A model generated the notes under the pieces. The model was given only the letters and a program-made list of their open reading frames with translations, did no database searches and was not told the origin of the DNA. A stretch of DNA of 64,000 bases, taken from assembly GCA_031426555.1 (NCBI GenBank), contig JANPLN010000025.1, forward strand, positions 74,199 through 138,198, read 5' to 3'. Below, piece by piece: positions 1 to 9,586 of the stretch (positions within the stretch are counted from its first letter, which is position 1; each line of letters begins with the position of its first letter). The DNA is from Bdellovibrionales bacterium (GTDB lineage Bacteria > Bdellovibrionota > Bdellovibrionia > Bdellovibrionales > JAGQZY01). A program made the position numbers and the translations under genes.

Positions 1-408
1 GGCGACATCATCGTTGCTAACAAAACGGTGGAGCATGATTTCAAACAGATTTTTTTCAAAAAACCGCTTCCCGAGTTTCCCATGGGCAGCGCATGGATCG
101 ATGTTTTGCAACTGTCGCAATATCCACACATTCATCACGCCCCCATAGCCAGTGGCGATGAAGACATTTTGAGCTCCGAACGCCGCCAGGAGCTTTTCAA
201 ACTCACTGGCGCGCCAGCTGTGGCCTGGGAAGGGGCCGGAGCGGCTCGCGCCTGTGCCTTTTTAAAAATTCCGTATTGTGAAATTCGCGGAATCGCCGAC
301 GATGTGTCTTCAGATCTGTCATCCAACCCGAAGCAAGATTTTACGAAAAATTTAAACCACTCCATGCTTAAGGTGGCCAGTTGGTTACTTCTCGTGTGCG
401 CGAATTGA
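1..408 (+). CDS. mtnN: 5'-methylthioadenosine/S-adenosylhomocysteine nucleosidase (PNP/UDP family), 5'-truncated by window
   Basis: Open frame from base 1 (GDIIVANKTVEHD); motifs IASGDEDI, AVAWEGAGAARAC and EIRGIAD match the MTA/SAH nucleosidase C-terminal half. Confidence 0.8.
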   Translation, partial: GDIIVANKTVEHDFKQIFFKKPLPEFPMGSAWIDVLQLSQYPHIHHAPIASGDEDILSSERRQELFKLTGAPAVAWEGAGAARACAFLKIPYCEIRGIADDVSSDLSSNPKQDFTKNLNHSMLKVASWLLLVCAN

Positions 409-409
409 A

Positions 410-1516
410 ATGTTTGTAGCCCTGTTTTTTTCTTTGCTAAACGCGAAAACAACGTACTCACCATCCATGTACTTGGAACAAACTAAAGAGTGTCATTTTC
501 CAAAAAAATCTCCCACCTACAATGACAGCGAGCTGCTACAACTCGACGTGCTTAGCATGCGTCGCCTCTTTCCCCTGTCGAGCCCGCTGATTTCACAAAC
601 GACGTTCTTACAAAAACTCAGCGAAGCGCTCTATAAAAACGAAGCCGATTGCAAAAATCACAACCTCACGCATTGGGGTAAAAACGAGGAATTTCCATCC
701 TTGGGACTCATGCACGCAATTTGGTACGGAAAAAGTTCTTCCAAAAAATACGCAGAGCAATTTCCTGAGCTGATTCGTTATCTGCGAAAAAATATCAGAG
801 CGTCCGACCAGCAAATTTCGTGGCCCGCACTTTTGCAAAAAAATCCATTGCCACCTGCGCCTTGGGAGTCGCAAGCAGAGTTTGCAGACATTAAAAAAGT
901 GTCGTTGGCCATCGAAAGCGTTAAAGAGTCTGCGCAGTTAGCGCTTATTCAAAAAAACCAAGCAGCGCTTTACAAAGACGCGTACACCTTGTTTGAAATC
1001 CGCCATTTTTTGTCGAATCCAAAAATTCTTCAGCTGCAGGCACAATTTGTGATCGAAAAAACATTTTTATCTCTGCATCGAATTTTAGCCGCCAGCCATC
1101 GCGAATCGCCGCCAGAGGCACAACTTATGTATCGTAAAATTCAACTCCTTTTGAGTTCCCCAGAGGGAGTCTTGTCCATCGTGGATTATTTAAATTTTAA
1201 AGGCGAAGGACTTAAACCCTCCGAACGCACGCCGATTGAAAAATATCCATGGGGTCTAAAAACTGTGCTCGAAATCATGCCTGCGATGGATCCTGCCGAC
1301 ACCAATCAACAACCCAATGTGCAATTCACCCAGGCGGCCCTGTGCTCTCTGCAGCGAATGGCCTACCATTCGGGCTCCGCAGACTCCAAAGACCAATTGC
1401 AACGTTATGCATGGCTCAACGGCGGCTGGAAAACCCGCATCGAAAGTAATTATTTACCCAATACGTTTTCCACTGTTCGTTGCGCACAAACTGTGACACC
1501 ATTGGAAGCACAATGA
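410..1516 (+). CDS. Exported conserved hypothetical protein, possible lysozyme-like peptidoglycan hydrolase
   Basis: N-terminal hydrophobic signal; conserved-looking blocks WGKNEEFPSLGLMHAIWY, DYLNFKGEG, PWGLKTVL and GGWKTR. Confidence 0.6.
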   Translation: MFVALFFSLLNAKTTYSPSMYLEQTKECHFPKKSPTYNDSELLQLDVLSMRRLFPLSSPLISQTTFLQKLSEALYKNEADCKNHNLTHWGKNEEFPSLGLMHAIWYGKSSSKKYAEQFPELIRYLRKNIRASDQQISWPALLQKNPLPPAPWESQAEFADIKKVSLAIESVKESAQLALIQKNQAALYKDAYTLFEIRHFLSNPKILQLQAQFVIEKTFLSLHRILAASHRESPPEAQLMYRKIQLLLSSPEGVLSIVDYLNFKGEGLKPSERTPIEKYPWGLKTVLEIMPAMDPADTNQQPNVQFTQAALCSLQRMAYHSGSADSKDQLQRYAWLNGGWKTRIESNYLPNTFSTVRCAQTVTPLEAQ

Positions 1517-1926
1517 CGGTGCCATTTATAAAAGATCTTTTTTTTGAATTCGAATTTATCAGCCAGCGAAGCCGGGGTCCGGGCGGCCAAAATGTAAACA
1601 AAACAAACTCTTCCATTCAATTGCGGTGGAGCTTTTTAGACTCGCAAATTCTTAGCGAAGAACAAAAGTCGATGATTGCCCGAAAACTCAGTGCCATCAT
1701 CAGTACAGAAAACGTTTTGTACATTCGCAGCGACGTCCATCGCGATCAAGACATGAACAAAAAAGAAGTTTTGCAAAGACTTCAACAGGCACTCATCAAA
1801 GCTTTTCACAGACCAAAAACCCGCCGCCCCACCAAACCCACAAAAAGCTCCCAACGCAAGCGCGTAGAAACCAAACGCCATAAATCCGAAATCAAAAAAT
1901 CCCGCCAAGGCAAATGGACCGACTAG
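1513..1926 (+). CDS. arfB: Alternative ribosome rescue factor B (peptidyl-tRNA hydrolase)
   Basis: RSRGPGGQNVNK (GGQ motif) and basic C-terminal tail RRPTKPTKSSQRKR; ATG overlaps upstream stop (ATGA). Confidence 0.93.
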   Translation: MTVPFIKDLFFEFEFISQRSRGPGGQNVNKTNSSIQLRWSFLDSQILSEEQKSMIARKLSAIISTENVLYIRSDVHRDQDMNKKEVLQRLQQALIKAFHRPKTRRPTKPTKSSQRKRVETKRHKSEIKKSRQGKWTD

Positions 1927-1936
1927 GGATATTTCC

Positions 1937-2135
1937 GACGGGCAAATTTCCAGGAATTTTTGAGTATTGCGGTTTTCTTTTAAAAAACAAAATAGGTACT
2001 TTTAGGACACGCTCATCCGTGGCTCAACTGTTGTCGCTTCGCGATCGCGTCACGCTCAACAGAGGTCCCAAAAGCACCTATTTTGTTTTTTAAAAGAAAA
2101 CCGCAATACTCAAAAATTCCTAAAAATTTCTCGTC
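1937..2135. repeat. Long fold-back element A (57 bp arms plus branched core)
   Basis: 1952-2008 is the reverse complement of 2065-2121 with 2 mismatches; imperfect extension to 1937/2135; core GACACGCTCATCCGTGGCTC...AGAGGTC shared with elements at 53.7-54.2 kb. Confidence 0.92.
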
Positions 2136-2270
2136 CTCAATTCAACGCTTGGAGACTATTTTTCGACACATTTTCATACCTGGTTACAGTACTTCTCTTC
2201 TGTGTGAGCGCAATCGTGTTGATTGGTGGCGTTTTAATATTGTTGATCCAGACGATGCAATCTCCTTCCG

Positions 2271-2350
2271 GCGACAACAGTTGAGCCATGGATGAGCATG
2301 TCCCAAAAAGAGAGATTTTAAATCTTGGAGAAAAAAAGAACCCCCCAAAT
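2271..2350. repeat. Truncated inverted copy B of the fold-back element core
   Basis: 2271-2307 (gcgacaacagttgagccatggatgagcatgtcccaaa) is the reverse complement of 2001-2037 with 3 mismatches; its partner arm is absent. Confidence 0.8.
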
Positions 2351-2372
2351 TCGAAAAATGTGTCTGTAAACC

Positions 2373-3590
2373 TTAGTTAGGTAGAGTTCGTTCGCGGATG
2401 ACGAGGTAGGATAGCAACAAGGCCGTAAAAGACACAATCACGGCAAGCACTCCCACCCAGCCATAATTGTGTAAAAGTCCATTGGAGTCTCTCGTAACAA
2501 TGGCGCCCGCTATCACTGCGCCGAGTCCGGCCATGAGTTGTTGAATGCAGCCGACGAAGCTCATAAATGAGCCACGATACTCTGGACTTGGCACGCTGGA
2601 GATAAGTGCCAGTGCGGGAACCCAACGGGCATTCACACAAATAAAAAATAATCCGACGATAGTGAGCGTGAGATAGATGGATTGCACTGACAGATGCGTA
2701 ATCCACAAAGTTACAAAAATGGAAGAGATCAAACCGTACTTAAAAACCTTGTGTTTGCCAACTTGATCCGACAGGCGCCCCACAAACGGTCCCGTGATAA
2801 ATGTGAGCGTGCCGCCAACCAGGTAGATAAATGGCAGTTGAGATTCTTTAAGCCCCGCATTTGCAACGAGCGACGGACTTAAAAAGGGAATGATCATAAA
2901 TTGTCCCAAAACAAGAAAGCCACCAAAGGCCAAGGCCCAAAGCTGTCCCGGCGTCTTGAATATATGTAGGAGTGGATCTAAAACCGGTTTGCGCACTCGG
3001 TTTTCAACAAGGTGGGAAGATTGTTTCGGTATCCACAAAATGATCATTGGAAATATTAAAAACGAAACTCCGGCTAAAAATAAAAAGCTACTATGCCATC
3101 CCCACAGGTTCGCCAAAAACAAAGCAAAGGGAACACCAGCGATGGACGCTAGCGAAAACGCCGTGGAGATCACACCCATGGCAGTTCCGCGTTTTTCATA
3201 GGGGATGACGTCGCTCACGATGGAAAGAACCACGGAGTTTAAAACCCCACCAAATACGCCCGTTAAAGCACGGGATAGCAATAGGAGCTCGTAGGTAGGT
3301 GCAAGGGCGCATGCAAGGGTGCCAACGCAAAAACCAATAAAAAAGAATATCAGCAATTTCTTGCGATCGTACTGATCCATTATAAACGATGCTAAAAATC
3401 CCGAGATTCCCGCACAAAAGGTGTAGCTTGAAACCAACCAACTAAACTGCGTGGTAGTGATTGAAAAAAGACGCATGAGTTGAGGCCCTAAGGGCATCAA
3501 AATCATAAAATCAACAATGTGATTGAATTGAATGGCAGCAAGAATAAACAGCAGGATTTTCTCCTGCCGACTGAAGGAGATTTTCACCAA
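2373..3590 (-). CDS. MFS transporter (DHA1/AraJ-like)
   Basis: About 12 hydrophobic segments; motif A-like MDQYDRKK and GRLSDQVGK. Confidence 0.9.
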   Translation of the reverse strand: MVKISFSRQEKILLFILAAIQFNHIVDFMILMPLGPQLMRLFSITTTQFSWLVSSYTFCAGISGFLASFIMDQYDRKKLLIFFFIGFCVGTLACALAPTYELLLLSRALTGVFGGVLNSVVLSIVSDVIPYEKRGTAMGVISTAFSLASIAGVPFALFLANLWGWHSSFLFLAGVSFLIFPMIILWIPKQSSHLVENRVRKPVLDPLLHIFKTPGQLWALAFGGFLVLGQFMIIPFLSPSLVANAGLKESQLPFIYLVGGTLTFITGPFVGRLSDQVGKHKVFKYGLISSIFVTLWITHLSVQSIYLTLTIVGLFFICVNARWVPALALISSVPSPEYRGSFMSFVGCIQQLMAGLGAVIAGAIVTRDSNGLLHNYGWVGVLAVIVSFTALLLSYLVIRERTLPN

Positions 3591-3637
3591 GCCAGGATAG
3601 AGTTGCCGTTCATCTCAGTCAATACTAGAATCTAAAC

Positions 3638-4924
3638 ATGACGCTGGTTTTTTTGCTTTTCGCAATTTTACACACCCACGCCGCAGAATTTGAGTGGTCT
3701 GGCGAAGTTCGCGGCGAAGGCCATGCGTATGCAAACGAATTGACCTCCCCCACACGTCAGTACGACGGCATCTTACAGAGCATCATGGATTTTGATGTCA
3801 AATTTAACCGCCGCAGTCGCTTGCACTTTAAACCCAATTTACGCAGCAATTTATCCACCCAACAACATCCCGAAAATCTTTTTTTAAACCTGCAAGAGGC
3901 TTACTGGGAAATAAAACTTGAACCTTTAAAAATAAAAATTGGCTCCAACACCCATAATTGGGGCGTACTCGACGGCTACAGCACCATGGACGTCATAAAC
4001 GGCCGCGTTCTTTTCAATCCACTCTCATCGGAAAAACGCGGGGCCCCCGGCGTTCAGCTCTCCTCGGAGTTTGGTTCCTTGCAAGTGCAAGCCTTGTATA
4101 TTCCTTTGCAAGCGCGAACACTCTTTCCCTCCACCGACAGTCGCTGGCTTCCGCGGGAGGTTTTGGTCAATGCCTCTACGGCCGATCAAACCATATTGCT
4201 CCCTTCGTCATTTCGTTACTACTATCCGGGATACCAGGAATTACAAAAGGCCCTGGAAAATAATTACGGCTTCAAATTGGATTATCGCTACAACGATTTT
4301 GACACCTCGGTGATGTTTTTTGAAGGCACGTCCATCACACCACAAACCCGTATTTTATTTGCCGCCGATGTGGTGTCCATCAATCCCGATGTGTTGCAGG
4401 CGCGCTCGGACATTGGAATTATCCCCGTTTATTTTAAACAAAGAACTGTGGGCTCAAGTATCACGTGGACGCAGGACAGTTTTGTTTTGAAACTCGAATC
4501 GACCTATGCCGATAGCATTCCCAACGACCCCATTATCCCCCCATGGTCATGGCAAAACGGGATTGGCCTTGAAATCCCCTGGACACTCACCGACACCACA
4601 ACTGCCACGATTTTACTTCAAACGTATTACGGAGAGAATGAAGATGCTCTGGACAATATGATGAGCTCCTCAACGCGCCTCTTCGATCGCAGTGTGCTGT
4701 TGGGACTTCGTGTTTCTTTTTCCACAGAAACCAATTGTACAGCGTCTTTCCTTTATAATTATCGCGACGAGAGTTTTTACGCACGTTTGCAAGCGGAAAC
4801 CAAATGGAGCCAAAGCTGGAAGTCGTCACTCACCTTAGACCTGCTCCAGGGCGATGACAGTACGCTGCTGGGAACTTACAACAAAAACGACCGCGCCATG
4901 GTCTCACTGTCGTACTTATGGTAA
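3638..4924 (+). CDS. Outer-membrane beta-barrel protein (DUF1302-like partner of MMPL/LolA-like systems)
   Basis: Signal peptide; LQEAYW..IKIG...WGVLDG...DVIN pattern; LGTYNKNDR..SLSYLW aromatic C-terminus. Confidence 0.65.
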   Translation: MTLVFLLFAILHTHAAEFEWSGEVRGEGHAYANELTSPTRQYDGILQSIMDFDVKFNRRSRLHFKPNLRSNLSTQQHPENLFLNLQEAYWEIKLEPLKIKIGSNTHNWGVLDGYSTMDVINGRVLFNPLSSEKRGAPGVQLSSEFGSLQVQALYIPLQARTLFPSTDSRWLPREVLVNASTADQTILLPSSFRYYYPGYQELQKALENNYGFKLDYRYNDFDTSVMFFEGTSITPQTRILFAADVVSINPDVLQARSDIGIIPVYFKQRTVGSSITWTQDSFVLKLESTYADSIPNDPIIPPWSWQNGIGLEIPWTLTDTTTATILLQTYYGENEDALDNMMSSSTRLFDRSVLLGLRVSFSTETNCTASFLYNYRDESFYARLQAETKWSQSWKSSLTLDLLQGDDSTLLGTYNKNDRAMVSLSYLW

Positions 4925-4943
4925 AGACCTTGCGGAGCAGGGC

Positions 4944-6428
4944 CTAATTACCAGGCGCATACTCCAGAACAAGCCAGTTTTCGTTGCCTGAAAGGGCCTG
5001 GGGACGCAGTAGCGCCTGGCCTCCCACTTCGATGGCCGGCAACGGGGTGGCCCAACGAAAATCCTTCAGCGACGACGCCATCTGTTGGCCAAAAAAGCTC
5101 GCACTCAAAAACTGAAATGGCCGAAACGTCTTTAAGTACAAATCACTCCATTTAAATTTTAAATTCATTTTTGGCTGATGAAATCCAAGAGCCAATTTTC
5201 CTTCATAAACCCGCAACCAGGCTTGTGACTGAAAGGGCGACGAAAAATTGCCATACTCACGAGCCCCCACACTCTCCGGTGTTTTTGTCAGTACAGACAG
5301 TTCTGTATTTAAAGAGAACCAAGCACTGCCCTTGTGGAGACTGCTCAGTTTGACCTCTGGTTTTTTCTTCGCGCCGAGTTCGAACGAAAAAGCAGCGTTT
5401 TTTCTAAAGTTGAGCAAATCAGGCCACAAAAAGAACTGAAACAAGCGACTGCGAAACAAGCTGGATAACCCAGGGATCTGTTGCGCAAGGTAGCTCTTGT
5501 AAAAAAAGCCGCTCTCGTGCAGTGACTCCACTAAAGCGGTAATATATTTTTGCGAAACAAAAAAGCCGTTTTGCGAAAGTTGCGAAAACTCTTCTTTGCT
5601 CAGACTGGCTTCGATGTATTTTTGCTCGTCCTTCGAATGTTTGATGTTAGCTTTTACAATACCCGCTAAAAGGAGTTGCCCAGTAACCTCATCCATCTCC
5701 AAGGCTTTCGGAGCGAGCACAACTTCGATGTCAGAATTGAGAGCCATTTGTTTTTCAGCAAACAACTGGGAATGAATGGACGCCACTTTTTTATCGATCT
5801 GTGATTGAAAAGGCTGCGTTAAAACGTCCTGCATTTTTTGCTTGTTGGATATAAAATCGCGCAGCTGTTCTTCGAGCGCTTGCTGATAGCCCTTGGGGCC
5901 TTCACACGCCTCCACACTCATCGTCCATCGTTGCTCGTTTTGCGATTCAAGACCCTGCAAAAACGCTCCCAGAGCCTGGTTCTTAACACCCAAGCGCACG
6001 CTTCCATTCAGTTCTAAGGCGTCCTCTGTGGTGATCACAAGATTGCGGCATTCCCCTTTTAAGTAAATAGTGGCTTGCACGCCACCCACATTTTTTTTGA
6101 TCACTGCGTCGGTTTTGATCTTTCCAATTTTTAAAGATCCCTTTTCTAAACGCAGCACATAACTATACTTGGTGGGTTCGACCGTCGGCTGCAATGTAAG
6201 AGCGTAAGCAAAATCCATCTGGATGTTTTCAGCAGAGGATTGGTATTCGCCTCCGATGTTCCAGGATGGAACGGTAAAACTTTCCGTCCCCATCAAAGGT
6301 TCTTTGAGCAGCGACGCTGTATAGCTCTGTGGCCCCACCGCAAAGTAGAAATCTGATGCTATTTGTACATCCGCTCGACATACGCTCCAAAACAACCAAC
6401 AACTGATAAAGAATAATATTTTAAACAT
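4944..6428 (-). CDS. Exported hypothetical protein (possibly BPI/LBP-like lipid-binding fold)
   Basis: 494 aa ORF with signal peptide (..VCRA|D); long beta-rich segments. Confidence 0.55.
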   Translation of the reverse strand: MFKILFFISCWLFWSVCRADVQIASDFYFAVGPQSYTASLLKEPLMGTESFTVPSWNIGGEYQSSAENIQMDFAYALTLQPTVEPTKYSYVLRLEKGSLKIGKIKTDAVIKKNVGGVQATIYLKGECRNLVITTEDALELNGSVRLGVKNQALGAFLQGLESQNEQRWTMSVEACEGPKGYQQALEEQLRDFISNKQKMQDVLTQPFQSQIDKKVASIHSQLFAEKQMALNSDIEVVLAPKALEMDEVTGQLLLAGIVKANIKHSKDEQKYIEASLSKEEFSQLSQNGFFVSQKYITALVESLHESGFFYKSYLAQQIPGLSSLFRSRLFQFFLWPDLLNFRKNAAFSFELGAKKKPEVKLSSLHKGSAWFSLNTELSVLTKTPESVGAREYGNFSSPFQSQAWLRVYEGKLALGFHQPKMNLKFKWSDLYLKTFRPFQFLSASFFGQQMASSLKDFRWATPLPAIEVGGQALLRPQALSGNENWLVLEYAPGN

Positions 6429-6563
6429 GCGCAGTTATCGGCAGGAAACTTCTGGACTAAAGTATCCGCCGAAGATTCCGTTAAGAACCTGACTCTAATA
6501 CAAAAGGACAGCGTTCTGAAAACTATATGCACAAAAATTATTAAAAGAATCGGTAAAAGCAAG

Positions 6564-9500
6564 GTGTCAGCCATCGCTGTCTTCCTTTTGTTCATTATTC
6601 TGAACGTTTTCTTTTTTCAAAAAGTATTAAATATAAAAAGTCACTACTCCCTGGATCAGTTCCAACCCAAGGAGCACCCGCTCCTCACCATGGATCACAA
6701 CGTCCGTGAGCGTTTTAAAATTTCTAATTCCTTACCTTATTTAGTGCTGTTACGTTCCACCACCGGCAAAAGTTGGATTCATGGGCAGTATATGGACGAA
6801 CTTTCTCGTCTCACAAAGGAAATCAAAAAAATTCCCCAAGTTAAAAGTATTTTGAGTTTGGCAAATATCGAAACCGCTCTCACCGACGAAAGCAGTTTTA
6901 ATGTGGGGCGAATTAAAGACATCACGCAAAACGCCCAGCAACGGCAGCAATTCTTAAAAGACCCACTCCTTGCCCCGCATTTGATTTCGAACGACGGAAG
7001 ACACACAGCTCTGGTCATCGAAACCAAAACCCTTTCGTTTAAAGAACAGCTTGTTTTTATGGACAAGATGAAAACAGTCACTTCAAGCAAACCGTCATTT
7101 TATAATTCTGAAATTGGCGGTCCTCCAGCCATCAGCGCGCAGATGGCCAATTTGTTAGGTAGCGAGATCACCCTTTATTCTGCTCTTTCTTTATTTATTT
7201 CCCTGACGATACTTTTTGCAATTTTTAGAAATCCCAGCGTGTTAGTCATTAGCTTTGTGATCATTGTGACGTCGAACATCGTTGCGGTAGGGCTTCTTTC
7301 CTACCTTGGCATTTCGTTAACGGTCCTCTCGAGCACGGTTCCCATCATCGTCACCCTCACGGCTCTCTCCATGACAACGCAGACCCTGTCTCGACTGGCC
7401 GACTTTAAAGACAAGGTGCTCGAAAAGCATCGCCGCCTTGTGGTTTTTAAGGTGATGAAATCTCTACTGGGTTCGCACGTGATTGCAACAGTGACCACAA
7501 TCATGGGCTTTGCCACTCTGATCAGCTCCAAAATTCCAATTATCTCAGATTACGGAATCAGCGTGACGATTTCTATTTTGGCCACGGCCATCGTTTGTTT
7601 ATCATTACTCACTTTTTGTACGCTGATGTTTCCAATTCCCATTAAACGCAAAGCTCGTTTCTCTACCGACAGCATCGTGGAAGCCATGCTTGTTTACAGA
7701 AAGCCTTTATTTTGGGGAATTGCGTCGCTATCCGTCTGCGGTGGTATTCTTGGCGCCTATCTCAATTGGGCAACGCTTCTGTTTGACGATCTCCCAAAGC
7801 AGCATCCGGTAAAAGTCGCAACACTCTCGGCCGAAAAAAAGCTAGGAGGAGTGATCCCCCTCGAAATTTCTGTGGGCAGCACCACTTTAAAAGAACCCTG
7901 GAAACGGGCCGACAACATTCATAAACTTGATCGGTTAATCAAACAATGGAGACAACTGCCTGGTGTGGGCGGAGTGATTTCCTATTCGGACTTTATAAAG
8001 GCTACCAACCACAAACGTCAGATTGCTTCAAAAAACGAATCCATTGCGCAGACGTTGTTTATCTATTCTATGTCGAACAACAATCCCCTGGAACATTTCA
8101 CAACTCTCAACAATCAGTTCGTGCGCGTCTCCTTGCGAATTAAAGATATTCCCTCGGATCAAGTGCAACTGATGATTCAAGGTATAGTGAGCCAGCTGAA
8201 CGAGTCCTTTCCAAAGATGGACGTTGAAACTTCGGGTCTCGCCGCCACCGTGCATCCCATCAACCAAAGCCTTTCCATGGATTTGATTTACGGTTTTTAC
8301 ACGGCCATGCTCTGGATTATTTTGATGTTAATCTTCGTTTTTAGATCAGTGCGCTGGGCTCTAGTGTCGGCCATTCCAAATCTCGTTCCACCAGCACTGT
8401 TACTGGGAATTCTGTCACTCACCAACACTCCCATTAAACCGGGAATCGCCATTATTTTTGCCATCTCTTTAGGAATTGCTTTTAACAACACGGTTTATAT
8501 TTTAGGCAAGCTTAAAAAGATGACCAAAGATCTGACTTTTCGCGAACTCCCCATCGAACAACTGATGAAGGAAGAATTTGCCCCTTGTCTCCTCTCAAGC
8601 CTCGCCGTTATGGCAGGGTTCTCGGTATTTTTATTTTCCTATTTCAATATGAATCAGCTGTTTGGAACGTTTATGCTCCTTTCAGTTGTTGCAGGACTTT
8701 TGGGTGATCTAGTTCTTTTGCCAACCATGCTGTCTCTCTTCCCTGCGCTGCTATTAAAACCGATAATGAAAGAAACCCTATTCACATCTGCGAGGCTGTT
8801 CATGCTCAAAAAACAAAAATACATTGTTGGTTCGTTTATCGTCTGTTGCGTTCTTGTCTACGGAAGTATTACCAAAGCAGCAACCCCTGATGCCATGGAC
8901 ATTTTAAATAAGGTGGCAAAAGCTGGCACCACTGCCAACGAGCAGGCCGAAATTAAAATGAAAATCCAAGAGCCCGATGGCTCCGTTCGCGAACGCAGTT
9001 TGCTGATTAAAAAGAAACAACAAAAAGCCATGGTCAAACTGCTTAGCCCCTCTGACTTAAAGGGCGTGGGTCTGTTAACCGTTTCCAAGCAGGCCAACGA
9101 CGAAGACCAATGGCTCTACTTGCCCACGGAAAAGCGCTCCCGCCGAATCACGGGCTCCAACAAAAAAGGACGCTTCCTCGACTCAGAACTCAGCTTCGAA
9201 GACATGAGTGTTTCCACTTACAAAAATTTTACGAACACCGTTCTTGAGACAAAAAAACAAGGCGATAAAACCATCGCTCTGATTGAAAGCAAAGCCAAAA
9301 AGCAATCAGACTCCACTTATAGCAAGATTAAAACCTGGGTTGATATCACGCAGTACCGTATTTTAAAAGCCGAATACTACGATGAAGACGGCGAGCTGCT
9401 AAAGATTATGACGTTTAATAACTACAAAAAGTATCAATCATCGTGGCGCGCGCAAAACGTGACGGTGAAGAATGTGAAAAAGAACCGCGGGACCACTCTC

Positions 9501-9569
9501 GAGATAAAAAACATCTCCATGAAGAAGCTGCCCGATAGCGAATTCACCATCAGCGCCCTCGAGGAGTAA
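6564..9569 (+). CDS. MMPL/RND family transporter fused to a C-terminal LolA-like (outer-membrane lipoprotein-sorting) domain
   Basis: Two MMPL-type TM repeats (GIAFNNTVY, DLVLLP), then a domain with DEDQWLYLP..KRSRRI..FLDSELSFEDM. Confidence 0.85.
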   Translation: MSAIAVFLLFIILNVFFFQKVLNIKSHYSLDQFQPKEHPLLTMDHNVRERFKISNSLPYLVLLRSTTGKSWIHGQYMDELSRLTKEIKKIPQVKSILSLANIETALTDESSFNVGRIKDITQNAQQRQQFLKDPLLAPHLISNDGRHTALVIETKTLSFKEQLVFMDKMKTVTSSKPSFYNSEIGGPPAISAQMANLLGSEITLYSALSLFISLTILFAIFRNPSVLVISFVIIVTSNIVAVGLLSYLGISLTVLSSTVPIIVTLTALSMTTQTLSRLADFKDKVLEKHRRLVVFKVMKSLLGSHVIATVTTIMGFATLISSKIPIISDYGISVTISILATAIVCLSLLTFCTLMFPIPIKRKARFSTDSIVEAMLVYRKPLFWGIASLSVCGGILGAYLNWATLLFDDLPKQHPVKVATLSAEKKLGGVIPLEISVGSTTLKEPWKRADNIHKLDRLIKQWRQLPGVGGVISYSDFIKATNHKRQIASKNESIAQTLFIYSMSNNNPLEHFTTLNNQFVRVSLRIKDIPSDQVQLMIQGIVSQLNESFPKMDVETSGLAATVHPINQSLSMDLIYGFYTAMLWIILMLIFVFRSVRWALVSAIPNLVPPALLLGILSLTNTPIKPGIAIIFAISLGIAFNNTVYILGKLKKMTKDLTFRELPIEQLMKEEFAPCLLSSLAVMAGFSVFLFSYFNMNQLFGTFMLLSVVAGLLGDLVLLPTMLSLFPALLLKPIMKETLFTSARLFMLKKQKYIVGSFIVCCVLVYGSITKAATPDAMDILNKVAKAGTTANEQAEIKMKIQEPDGSVRERSLLIKKKQQKAMVKLLSPSDLKGVGLLTVSKQANDEDQWLYLPTEKRSRRITGSNKKGRFLDSELSFEDMSVSTYKNFTNTVLETKKQGDKTIALIESKAKKQSDSTYSKIKTWVDITQYRILKAEYYDEDGELLKIMTFNNYKKYQSSWRAQNVTVKNVKKNRGTTLEIKNISMKKLPDSEFTISALEE

Positions 9570-9586
9570 ATAGGTCCTGGCACCGC

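Noticed and set aside
2083..2295. 70 aa ORF in the ORF track
   Set aside because: Starts inside the right arm of fold-back element A and ends in element B; no SD or recognisable motif
1937..2350. CRISPR array or retron msr-msd interpretation of the hairpin elements
   Set aside because: No direct repeats with regular spacing, and no cas or reverse transcriptase gene in the window
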